Assembly (NCBI GenBank): GCA_004764695.1
Contig: SMSO01000025.1
Coordinates: 682,001 to 746,000 of the forward strand
Length of the DNA: 64,000 nt
Direction: 5' to 3'
Source: Schizochytrium sp. TIO01
Lineage: Eukaryota > Protista > Bigyra: Labyrinthulomycetes
In this document: positions 12,122-24,400 of the stretch, piece after piece
Layout of the letters: each line of letters starts with the position of its first letter
Numbering within the stretch: position 1 is the stretch's first letter
The notes under the pieces: model-generated
Databases searched by the model: none
Seen by the model: only the letters and a program-made list of their open reading frames with translations
Told to the model about the DNA's origin: nothing
Program-made: the position numbers and the translations under genes

Positions 12122-13558
12122 ATGGACATCGCCAAAGCAGCAGCAAAGACACCTCCCGGAGCACCTGCAGAGAAGGCACTGTTGCTTGAGGATGGAGAGC
12201 TGCAGAACCTTGTAGATGAGTACACGCGAAAGATCAAGGTCCTGCGAGACGCAAACCAGGACCTCGAGGCTAAGCTGCAGAGCAAAAGAAGTACTCTTGG
12301 GGAACTTCAAAATGCGTGGACTCAGGTGGATCCTGGACAGGCAACACGTATTAATTTAAAGCATTTTGTGGACCTGGTAGCCGAACTGAAGGACCTACGG
12401 ACCAGGGACGAGCGTCTTACAGCAAAAGAAAATGAGGTTGCAAACAAAGCAGACCTGAGAGATGAAGCAGATGCAGCCGAGCGTCGTGTGATCCTCTTAC
12501 AAGAGAGAGTTAACAACAATGATGTGAAGATAAGCTCTCTTCAGTCTGCATGGGTTCACCAGCAGAAAAAGAAATCACTTGAAAAGTCGCGGGCAAAAAC
12601 GAAGCAAGAAGAAAAACAGCGTGAACGCCTCGACTATGAAAAGGCAAAGCTTCGTCGCAGCATACAAAAGCTCAGGGACGAAATTTCCAAGCAAAAAAAA
12701 GCTAATCCAGTTCACCGGCATCGCGACCTTCATCTCAGGAAAAAAAACATCTCTGCGTCAAAGGAGGCGGAGGCCAAAATCTATGATGCTTTACTAGCAC
12801 CGTTTGCAAATATTGACCTTACTTCTTGCGCTGGAGCAAGTAAGAAAGAAGTACGACAACGCAAAACTGAAGACACATCTATGGAAAGGCGTGCCTCAGC
12901 TCTTTGTCCAGCGAAATCTTCCTCGCAAACCACTAAAAAAACTACTAAAAGTCAGTCTCACAGATCAGATGCGTTGGAGAGAAATGAGCAGCTGGATGAC
13001 TTTGAACTTGCTGACAACTCTGGAGAGTATTACAATGATGATGACGACTCCGATAAAGGTTGTGCCTTGTCTATTACCGACCACAACGAAGAAGCTACTG
13101 CTGATAAAAAAGCTACTTCCAACACTGTGCGAAGACACAAAACGGAGCAACACGAGAAAGAAGAGGCAGAAGAAATTTCTAGACTACCTCGCCGCCGTAT
13201 GCGCTACCAACAACGAGCAAAACCTAATCACGACAACGCTCGCCAACCTCGACACATCCTTGAAGACCCACTAGTAGGACATGATACTACAATTATTTCA
13301 GACGCAAATGATGACGATCGTGAGGCAGTTCCCAGCAGTTCAAGCTTTCTCGTCTCACCATGTTATAATAATACCAAATATGATTGTGGTGAAGTAGACG
13401 AAACTATGAGCGCACACCTGCAAAAGGGAACCAAGGAAGATCAGGATCGCACTACAACATCACCGATCCCACCTACACCCATGCCAGATAAGCCTCGTCG
13501 ACGTCAAGGCGGTCGGCCTCGGCGTATGCTAATGGATCCTTTGTCCTGTTCGACTTAA
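12122..13558 (+). CDS. Hypothetical protein, N-terminal coiled coil and disordered C-terminus, 478 aa
   Basis: 1437-nt ATG-initiated ORF; heptad-like K/E/L-rich residues ~20-195; no recognisable domain. Confidence 0.75.
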   Translation: MDIAKAAAKTPPGAPAEKALLLEDGELQNLVDEYTRKIKVLRDANQDLEAKLQSKRSTLGELQNAWTQVDPGQATRINLKHFVDLVAELKDLRTRDERLTAKENEVANKADLRDEADAAERRVILLQERVNNNDVKISSLQSAWVHQQKKKSLEKSRAKTKQEEKQRERLDYEKAKLRRSIQKLRDEISKQKKANPVHRHRDLHLRKKNISASKEAEAKIYDALLAPFANIDLTSCAGASKKEVRQRKTEDTSMERRASALCPAKSSSQTTKKTTKSQSHRSDALERNEQLDDFELADNSGEYYNDDDDSDKGCALSITDHNEEATADKKATSNTVRRHKTEQHEKEEAEEISRLPRRRMRYQQRAKPNHDNARQPRHILEDPLVGHDTTIISDANDDDREAVPSSSSFLVSPCYNNTKYDCGEVDETMSAHLQKGTKEDQDRTTTSPIPPTPMPDKPRRRQGGRPRRMLMDPLSCST

Positions 13559-15147
13559 GAAGACTTGAAGTGGGTCTTGAGCGAAAAGTGAAAGGGAGAA
13601 TGGATCAACCTGAAGACCAATCTGAAGGCGAGAAAATTCAGATCTTCAAGTTGCTCAACAATTGTATGAATAATAAACTTTACAAGGATTTTCAATAATT
13701 GTTACTCTAGCTAGAGATTCAGGCTGGCACCGTAGAAGATGCCCAGATCTGCTTAATCAGAGAACTATCATGTTATGATAGATCAAATTTGCGCCAACCA
13801 AGGCATTCAACAATCCGATATTTGTCAACCTGAGGTTCTACTAGTAGTAGTTTGTGAGAGTGTGGAACGCACTTTCCAATACTTAGTGTTACGAGTCTTT
13901 AGGAAGTCCAGGTGTGAGCAGACAACTGGGACGAGGCAGCTTCGTCAAGCCCACTTCCGCATTGATTCGTCCACCACTCGCGATAGAGCTCTGAGGCAGT
14001 TCTGCGCGGCCCCTGACTTCAGCAGTGGCCATCCATGTCGCCTGAATTCCTGGGCCTTCAAGTTTCCACTGCGCATCTCATTATCCTGCTCTAAAAATCG
14101 CAATATGTGGGGAGTAGTCAGTAAATAAGGAAGGAAGAAAAGGACTAAAAAAGGGAAGAAGGTGCTGGGAAAGGGGAAGAGCCTTAAGAAAAGGCAACTA
14201 GGGACCTCTAAAGTATTACTTCACCAGCTCGTAGGACACGAAAAGAAAGAATAAGAACTCTGAAAAGAAGAAACAAAATCAGGAACGCGACTGAGTCGCG
14301 GGCTGTCAACAGAGTGCCAGTAGATATCTGCGCAGATTTATCAGCATCAGAGAAGAGGGTAGTACGAACGAAAAAAGTAAGAGAGAAAGCGAGCAAGAGA
14401 TCGAGCGAGCCGTTCTTCCTTATTCCCTTGCTTCCGTAGCGTCCACAGCCGAGCAGAAACAATCGCAAGCAGGCACGCTCCTCTGCTCCCACCTGTCATC
14501 GGCCTTGAAATAACAACTAAGTGACGAGCCCAGGTCGCACTAGTAGGTACTCAGATCTATCTCGCCTAGATTTCGATTCCGCCTCTGCTGAAGACTTCTG
14601 GCAGCTGCTTCTGCTCTTGCGCTGATATTTCGACCGTGAGCCAGGTAGTTTATACCATGGTAGTGAGCGTTCAGAAGAGTGTTTCCCCTTTTAGAGCAGC
14701 GAGGATCAGCAGCCTCGCTGACACCTCCAGCAACAGTAGCAGCGAACCGCCTCAGAAGTCCGCGCTCAGGTTTGGAGCCCTGCGTTCAGGTTGAAGCTTC
14801 GAGCCAAATTCGAGATCTCGAATTCGAACTTTACCCAGTCAGTTTTTTGAAAAACTCCTAATCGATTGGATCGGTGAGTTTTCAAATTTAAGGTGTGTTG
14901 TTTAATCATTCAACCTGAAATTCGATTCGGATGTTGAGTTTTGAACTTCGAATTTGAATCTCTTTAGATTCGAGTTTGAACGAAAGGTTTGATTGAGTTT
15001 GAATTCGGATTTGGATCTCGAAGCCGCTGGTTTTTCGAGTTGACTTTAAAATCGATCTTCTTCTCGCCCTGAATAATCGATTTACTATTGACGGAAGGAG
15101 CAGCAGCAGAAACTTACAGAAATATTAAGCAGAGAATAGCGAAGATT

Positions 15148-15174
15148 ATGATGATGATGATGATGATGATGATG
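15148..15174 (+). repeat. (ATG)9 microsatellite upstream of the BEACH gene
   Basis: Nine tandem ATG opening the short ORF M9-EDNLSDSFQRE* (to 15210). Confidence 0.9.
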
Positions 15175-15421
15175 GAGGATAATTTGAGTGACTCGTTTCA
15201 ACGAGAATGAGGAAAGATTAGACGATCAGGGATACAATCAATGCCGTTTCTGCGAGCTTCTTGAGCGCTTGCAAAGAGATCTGCTGCAGCAGCATCTGGC
15301 ACGGGGGCAGGCCTCGCGCGCCTGGATCGACTGGACGGTCCTGGCGTCCGTGGCACAGACGTCCCGCCGCGAGCTTAGGTGCTAGGTAGCGGGTCTGGCA
15401 GAGGAAGAGGACACCGGCGCC

Positions 15422-18400
15422 ATGGAGATGCACAAGGACGGGCCCTTGAAGGTCCCTGAGGACGCAACTCAGGAACGAAACGCCGCTCAGAGCAGTCCTA
15501 CAAGCCCCGCAGATGATGGTACCCAAGTTCTCCTCGTAGACCTCGTGCAGGAGGCTCAGGATCGCGAGAGTGCGTGGAATTCAAAGTGGAGCTTGGATAA
15601 TTCCGCACTCGAAGATGGAATTTCAAAATCAAAGGTGACGCCCAAGGGCCTTGTGGAGCTCGTGCAATGGATCCTGCGGGAGCGTAGGACTCCCGTGCGC
15701 TGCGCAGCACTCTCAGGCCTTCAGCAAATTCTCAAGAGCAGCAGCCGCGGGCAATTTAGTTCTGGAGAATCGAGCTTTGTCTTCCCAGATGCGTACCTGA
15801 GCTGCTCAATGGACTCTGCTGATGGCCTTTCGGTGCCGCCGCTCAAGCTTGGGTCCCTCCGCGGGTATACGTTCTCCACGTGGATCTGGCTTGAGGAGGC
15901 CTCGGAAGCCGAAGACAAGCATCATCAGCGCGTCTTGTATCGCTTCCTCACCACTCATGGCTTCGGCTCCTGGGCCATGATCGACCTGGAGGCCTCTGAG
16001 ATTGAGGTCCGCACAAGACCTCAGGGCGAGCTTTCATGGCAAAGGGCTCGCTTCAAGATGCCGCCGGCGGTGCTTCAGCCACGACAGTGGATCCATCTCA
16101 CGGTCGCGCACTCCCAACCATACTTAGCTAGCCCGATCCTTAGCCTGTTCGTAGACGGAATTTTGCGCAGTGAGCGCCAACTAGCGTACCCAAAACTCGA
16201 CGACCACGCTACGGAGAATATCATTGGACAGGGACTTGGGGGGCGATTCGCACAGCCGATGCTTTTTGAGGGCGCTGTGAGTCAGCAGCAAGCGCTTGAG
16301 CTTTTTGCTGGGTACTCGCGAACACGTGTGGCACTGCCGTCGTTCTTGACGGTAAAACAGGGAGGTCGCAAGAACGGCAAGGGGAATGCACAAGACCCTG
16401 GAAATACTCCATCAAGCAATGAAGCCCAACTGAGGAAACACTTCTCTCTAGCAAAGGCTGGACATCTGACGCCAGAAGGCATCAGCGAGCTTAGAACGAA
16501 TCTACGGACGATGGTCAAGCTTGGGCCACGTAATCTTGGGGACAGCAGTAGTAACCTAATGAAGCAAACAAATGAGTCATCGAATATTAGTTCGCAACAC
16601 TGGCGGTCTAGCGGGAACGAAACTGCCGAGGACTCTAGCATGCGCCATGAGTTTCAACAACGCCTCAAACTTGACAAGAATCACACATATGAGGACCTGC
16701 CGGTTGTCTTTTACTACGACGCACGAACTTGCATCGGCGGCGACCTGGAGGAGGTTCAATCGTCCAAAAATCATTGGAGGGCAATTCGCGCCGGTGGCGT
16801 ACTTGAAACCATTCGTGTAAGCGGAAAACGCACACACGCCGCGGATGGGTTAACATTTATTGAACCGCAAAGTCTCAACTATAGTAAAAACCTGGATGGT
16901 GTCTCCTTCGGGATGCCAAATCGAGGCATGCAGGTTTATGCACGGTGCGTTGGAAAAACTACAGTGGTCTTTGATCTTGATACACATTGTTCATTGGAGT
17001 GCTTAGGCGGTGTCTTCATGCTGCTTGTTGCTCTAGTAAGCCTTGTTCCACCAGATGCAAAAATCCAAACCCAGTTTGTGGAGATGGATGGCACGGCGCC
17101 ACCCAAAACGGGTGATCATGTTGTTTTATTAAAACTCGTGCAAGTTCTTGATGAGGCCCTTTATGCTCGCGAGTTTTATCGTCAGGATTTCTCTCATTTC
17201 AAAGGGTTTTCTCTTCTTGGCTGGGTCTTACGCCAAGTCCCTCGTGCCTGGATTACTGAGGACCTTGCTCAAGCTCTCTGGGACTTTATCTTGCGTATTG
17301 GATCTGTTGACATCAGTCTTCGTCTAGAGGGCCTCCTTTATGTATTATTCGACTATCAAGTCTGGGGTGCTGCACCCGAGAACGTGCAACAGTTTTGGGT
17401 CAAACGTATGCTTCAGTATGCTGAGCGATTCCCTGCCGAAGCCAGGGTTGCTATAGGTGTGCAGACGATTTTAGATTTGCTTGCATTAGCAGAAGTTACG
17501 AGCCTCGAGGAAGATGATGACTATGATGAGGAAATCATCGCTGGAGACCAAGCCACAGACAATAAGCTTGAAGAACCCTCAGAACTACTTTTGCCAGGCT
17601 ACGGCGATGATGATTTGAATAGTCATGAATCAACCGACGTTGAACGGAATGAGCAAAATGATGTGGAAAACAAAGAGGACTCCCCCTCGCCTCAAGCACA
17701 AGGCCCTCTGACGTGGGTCGCCCAAGCCTGTGTTGATGATCTCGTGAAGATTCTGCGTGTTCTTATCTCTGCACCTAGTGTGGATTCTGCCGATGTTAGT
17801 TCGCCTTCAGCTTCAGCAAAGACACTCACATCTCTATCAGGAGAAGATGATTGGGAAGGCACAGGCCTTGTTCACGAGCCCGGCCCAACACAGGTCGAGT
17901 TGAATGCGTTCTTCAATTTTGTTTCACGTTTTCCTCGCGCTTACGCAACGACATTACTTCTCGAACTTCTGGCCTACCTTCTCCTACCGCTGTTTGTCAT
18001 AACCCGTTCATGGTCTCGGTATGAAATTGCCATTGGACGTGCTGTGTACGAATCTGTTCAGGCTTGTGGTGGAGTTGACTTTGTTTTAGCACTAGGCTCC
18101 CGCGTCCAAGAAACTGTCTTTCCTGTTATTTCCACCACAAATCAGCAACAACGGGGCCAAAATCGATCATTAATGGGTCGCTTAACTAAGCGGCGACCTG
18201 AAAATCAAGCAACTATCAAACCAATTGATGACAATGAAGCAAAGCCTCCTCCTGCACCTCTTGATCGGCAAAATTCGATGACCTCTCAATCTGAGAGAAC
18301 GTCTGTAAGCACTTTAGAGCAACCTGCGCCAGCCAAGAACGGTCTCCTGTGTTCAGAGCATGGGATTCCACCTCGGACCCGTGCTGCTATGCTATTATTA

Positions 18401-21400
18401 GCTGGTCGCATGATCCAGTTGGAAGAACAAATTGATCTTTCTGCGATGCTGCGTGAGCAAAGTTCTATGCGGGGTGGGGGAATGGGTAGTGAAATAGCTG
18501 AGGTAAATAAGCTTCGACGCCAAAAACAGTTTGGTATCGTGCTGCGTTCAATCATGCCCATACCTCATGTTGCCTCTTTTCATTTGGACGAAAGTGAAGT
18601 GTATAAGGTAAGCCGAGAAGCTCACGCAAATGTACTTGATGCTATTGTTGCTGTGATCATGGGTTCTGCTGTACAACGCGAAGGTGTTGACGACTTCGTT
18701 CCACATGACGACAGCATGAAACTTGCTGTTCCAGATGCTCTCCCCGTTCTCGGTGGGCTTCTTGCTGCTCTAAGCAAAGCTGACGAAGATACCAAAGCTA
18801 TCGCTGCTCGAGAAATTCTGTTGAAACTCAGTCTCATCCTTAAGGCAAGCTATGCTGCGCGAGAGCAGGTTACGTCTCTCCCTCGCTGGCAGACGTGGCT
18901 GATCCCGGTGATGCTACTCGATGAGAAGAGCTTAAATCATGAAGACGACAATAGTGCCGACTATCTACTTGCAGAGGTATCCACAGACTTGTTATGCACA
19001 TTAATGGAGCATGAAACTCAAAGGCCTGATGACAGCAAAGCTGAAGCCAGTAAGCTCAACCGAGTTCAATATGGTTGGGGTGCCTGGCAGGGCCTTGCTG
19101 ACTGTGCAATGCGTATTTTAAAGGAGAAAGAACGTTGCATCATCAAGCCTGACTTAGAAGAGGCCAAAAAGAACGCAGATTCGCTTTCTCTGGTGCCAGA
19201 GTATAACTCGGTCGCAGAGATTCGAGCTACTCAAAAGACCTCTCGTGTCCTTCGTCAAACTTTAGAACGGGTTTGGGAGCGCCTTGTGGTACGCCTCCAA
19301 GCTGGCGGTCTCCACGAGGATGCGGTGCGGAATTTCACGTATACAATTGCAATGTCAGAAGAGGTTTTGCTGACCGGCCTTAACTTGCTTCGGCTGGCTC
19401 CACTTAGCCCAGGTGGTGTTATTGCATCTTCTTCTGCTACTTCATTCACCTGCCAACGCCCTTCGCTGACTAATTCTTCTTCAAATAATAACTCTGCCCC
19501 TCCTCTTGTGTGTAGCGCACGATGCGTGATCGATGGACGTCATGATACAAAATGGGTTGATGTTGCCCGTGAAGAGGGAGTTGAGCCAGACCCTAATGAA
19601 CCCCGGGCTGCATCTCAATCTTGGATTCAGTACAAGTACCCAAGCTTTTCCTTTCAAGAAGCTAATGTGCGAATTGCTCGTAATCGTCACCGTGTTGTCT
19701 TTTACAGTGTTCGCTCGGCATTTGACATGGATGATCTGGACCCTTCAGGCTGGACTTTGTTCGGACGGAACATGACTTTGGCGGCTGGTGAACAAGGTGG
19801 CTGGACGGTCCTTGACCGCCGTAGTGAAGTTAGGTTTGCTAATCGTTACCAACAAATCAACTGTTGGATCCAAAACACAGGGTTTTTTGAAGAATACAGA
19901 ATCGTGTTTGATCCTCCTAAAAACCGTGGTAAACTAGTTCAACAAAGTGATGGCTCTAAAGTGTATGTCAAACTTCACATTGGTGAGGTAACACTCTACG
20001 AATGTGATGTGGACGACTGGCATGCTGATTTTGGATCTAGCTCTCAGAAGAGCGAGACCGAAGTTATCGATGCTCATTTACAAGAACAACGTCTAGTAGC
20101 CAGCGCTGTCGAGGAGAACAATGGGGAACTCCTGCGATTTGTGCGTCTTGCTCTACAGACAATAAAGTTTATTCGCTCTGGTAGCACGCATGGAAGTTCA
20201 CCACGTATGAATCCGCGTCAGTATCACCAGTACTACGATTCTGAAGCCAAGGCACAAGTTCATGATATGCCAAAGCGTGCTATGATCCGGACACTCGGAC
20301 ATTTCCTACGAAATTCTGTATTTCTTCCGATCGAGTTAGTCGAAGAAACAATTTCTCTTGCTCGCTCATTTCTTGCCGAGGATCTCGCTGCTGATTCTCA
20401 AGGTAACCGTACCCTCGTTCTTGTACTCATTCATTGCATCCATCACGGGTTGTGCCATTTGCAATCGGTACGGAACAGCTCAATTGAGGGAATTGGCTCT
20501 TCAGAAGATGCAAGCAACAAGATGGATGCCCTTTTTGCGATGCTTGCGTCATCTTTGACAGCGCAGTCTGGTCAACTTCTTGATGAAGGGCCAAGGTCTT
20601 CTCGAGTTGAATTTCCTGATGACATTGATAGCTTCTTGCGTTCTTGGAGTGAGGTTTGGGCCCCATCCGTTTACCGTGCTTTGCAACGGGAGCTTGCTGC
20701 TGAGGCCTTGCATCGACACACATCATTTAGGGTAGAACGTAGTTCTAGCACAGCAATGGCAAGACGGGCGAATCCAGTGGAGGTCGCGGCCTATGGCGCT
20801 GGCCGTGCTCAGCGGCCTGTTGGGCTTCCTCGTTCAACACGGAAAAAGTTACACATGATGGAAAAAGGTGAGGACGAACGGATATACACCAACCAGATTG
20901 CGCGTTCGACGCTGGGTACTGTTACGGAGCATTTATGGCGCAAGCTTGTCGAACGTTACGAAATATACCAAATTGTAGGTCATGGCCTGGACACATTGCC
21001 TCGCCATCGCCTCTTTCGCGCGAGCCCATTTATCGAACCAACTTTGCGTGTACGTACACGCCTATTGTACTACCCGGGAGGAAATCCGCATCACGGAGCA
21101 GCTTCTGGTGTGAAAGATCGCATGGAACGACAAAAGGCGAAGGAAGCGCAAAGTTTGCGCAACTCAGGAGCCTCTGATGCTGAGTATGTGGAAGTTGCGG
21201 ATCTCTTGGGTGTTGAGGATACTGATCCCTTTGATACTGTAGGCACAAGGGAAGACACAGGTGCTTTGGAAGACTTGACCCCAAACCAAGGTCAACACGG
21301 ACTTTTCAAATCTGCTTCTGGCGACTCCGGCGCGGAAGAGGCAAGTGCTTACAAGTCGTGGGAAAACTTTGGTGCACAACTATCGCAACATATCAATATC

Positions 21401-24400
21401 ACAGACAAGTCATTGATGACCCGGAAGGATGAGGACGAAATGGATGAGGACCTAGAAAACAGTGAACCCGGTGCGTTGTCAGAAGAAAAAGCATCTTCAC
21501 AATCCAGAAAATCATCTCGTGCGTCGACGCCAGCAAGTTCCAAAGATCCAAGTTCTGTAGACCAAGAAGCTAAGCAAACGAAAGACCGCTTGCAAACCCT
21601 AGTTGAGGAAGGTGAAGATGAACCTTTGAAACTTGGTGCAGGTGTGTTTGATAACCATGAAGAAGATTCGGAGCAGCCGGAAGGGATCATTTTGGGTCAA
21701 CGTTCAACAGTGAAAAAGACTCGTAGACCACCTTCTGTTGTCACTTCTGCAGCGGAGAAGTGCGGGACTAAAACTCATGAACCTGAAGAAAATAATTTAG
21801 AACGCGATGAACAAGATGATGTTATTCATCAGACCCTGAGTTCGAGTGGTTTAGATCCGATCTCTGGAGTAGCTTCTATGACACCGAATACTCCAGGTAC
21901 GCCTGCCGGTCCAGAGCAACGGCGAAAGCTTACTATTGAAGAATGGGTCAATCGTATACCAAACCCAATACGCGGAGAAAGTAAAGATCCGTGGCCTCCT
22001 CAGCACGAGCAGGTTTTTGGGGCTTCCCGGTGCTCGTGGATTCGGCCTGAATTTGAAGTCCCTGGACGTCTCCTTGTGACTCAAGATGCGATCTATTTTG
22101 ACCCGGATCCACCTCGTGCCTCTGAACTTTTTATCAAAAGATCTCCTGATGCCGAGGAAGAGGACCCTCATTCTGCTCAAGATGAACAACTTGAGCTTGC
22201 TAGTATTGAAAGGCTGCGTGAAGAGTTACCATCGGAGATGTTTGAAGAACAAATGGCAGCATGGAGACGGTTTCAGCTGCGCAAACACAAGCAGCGACGG
22301 CGTCGAGTCTGGCGTCTGCGCGACCTTGACTGCATCTTAATGAGGCGCTTTAAAATGCGAGATAGTGCAATTGAAATGTTTGTACAGGGACAAGCAAACG
22401 AATCCTTTTTCTTTAACTTCGCTCCTCGAATTGTATGTACGCTTTATGAAAATGAGGCTGGAGAACGAGATGTACGTGAGCGTGTGGTACACGATGGATC
22501 AAAAGTTCGCCAAAACGTTTTTCATCAGCTTTGGAATGCTTTGCCGGTCGAAGTTCGTAAACGCTCTCAGCGACCTGGCGAGTCTACGCGCCGACTTGTG
22601 GCAAGGTACACTGAACGATGGCAACGTCGCGAGATTTCAAACTTTGAATATCTGATTAGACTTAATATATTTGCCGGCCGGTCTGTAAATGACCTCACGC
22701 AATATCCTGTCTTCCCGTGGGTTTTGCAAGACTATGAATCTGAAGAGCTTGACTTGCAGAACATTGCAGTCTATCGAGATTTAACGAAACCAATGGGAGC
22801 ACTCACAGAAGATCGTCTGATGGAAGCTCGCGAGCGCTACCATACTTTTGATGACCCAAACACCCCCAAATTTCATTACGGTTCTCACTACTCTACAATG
22901 GCTGGCGTTGTTTTGTACTTTCTTGTCCGAATGGAGCCGTTCACTTCGTTGCATATTACTATGCAGGATGGGCACTTTGACATCCCTGATCGCCTCTTTG
23001 GTTCCATTCCAGCAACATGGAGGATGTGCACTACTGCGATGTCGGAAGTAAAGGAGCTGACACCTGAATTTTACTCTGTACCAGAGTTTCTAATTAATCA
23101 TAGTCACTTCAACTTGGGAACCTTGCATGATGGATCCAAGGTTGGGGACGTGGAGCTCCCGCCATGGGCTAAAGGTGATCCTTACCGGTTTGTGATGCAG
23201 ATGCGCCAGGCGCTTGAAAGCGAGTATGTATCAAGGAATTTGCATCACTGGATTGACCTAATTTTTGGACATAAAGCACGACTTCCCGATGCTATCGAAG
23301 CAGACAATGTTTTCTATTATCTTACATATCCAGGTGCAGTGGATTTGGACTCAATCGATGATCCTGCTATGCGTATTGCCACAGAGCTGCAGGTAAAACA
23401 TTTTGGCCAATGCCCAGAGCAGATCTTCACACGTTCTCACCCGCCACGAGGCGAAGTTTTGCGCCCTCCGTTTCCTCTTGGCGTAATTCTCGCTGGGACA
23501 TTTGAGACTGACCGCTTTAATCGCGATGGCATGAACACATGTTGTGCGAACTCCGAGAGTGGTCCTGTCCGCTCAGTGCGTCTACTGAATGGACGTGCTA
23601 TGATATTGCATGAGAGTGGTGATTTGTGTGGCTTTGTGTGGGGTCGTTCAGACCTAGTCCACCGGCGTGACAGTGAAAGTACAGATGTTGAAGACGAAGA
23701 GGGCTCTGACTTGGACGCCCCTCTTGAGCCTCGTCGGCGGAACACAAGCACGGGAAATTTGAACCCACCTTTGATTCTGATGCCGGCACCTGAAGCCTTT
23801 GAGACCCAAAACGAAGCAGAAAAGGAGCTCTTTTGCCCACCGATCCATCATCTGGCCGTATCTTCTGTACGTAGGCAGCTTCGATGGACTCAAGAAGATC
23901 CAAGTGGAGATTTGTCTCGCAATATTGTAATGTCGTGCCGGTGCGACGGACGAGTGATTGCGCATGCGGGGCAAGGCATTGGTTCTATTGAAGTGTATTT
24001 CATTGATGCCGATTCTGGTTACTTTCGGGCTTGGAGCGCAACTTTATTTGCTCATATGGATGATGTCACGGCTGTCGAACTCAGCTTCAGCGCGATGGCT
24101 ACTGCGGCAGCAGATGGATCTCTCCGGGTGTGGGAGTTACGAGAGTCGTCTGGCCCTGTGAACATGGAAACATGGGGCGTTGCAAGTGCGCCACGCTTGA
24201 CCCTTGCTGGCCATGCAGCGCCTGTGCAAGCGTTAGCTATATCAGAGACTCAGCAAGTCATTGTATCGGCGTCTGAAACGAATTGTTTGGTGCACTCTTT
24301 GCACAATGGCCGACTGCTCGGAAATTGTGCGCAGGCAGCCAAGGAGCGAGTGACTATTGTGCGTGTGTCTGATGTTTCTGCACGTATACTTGCTTTTGCG

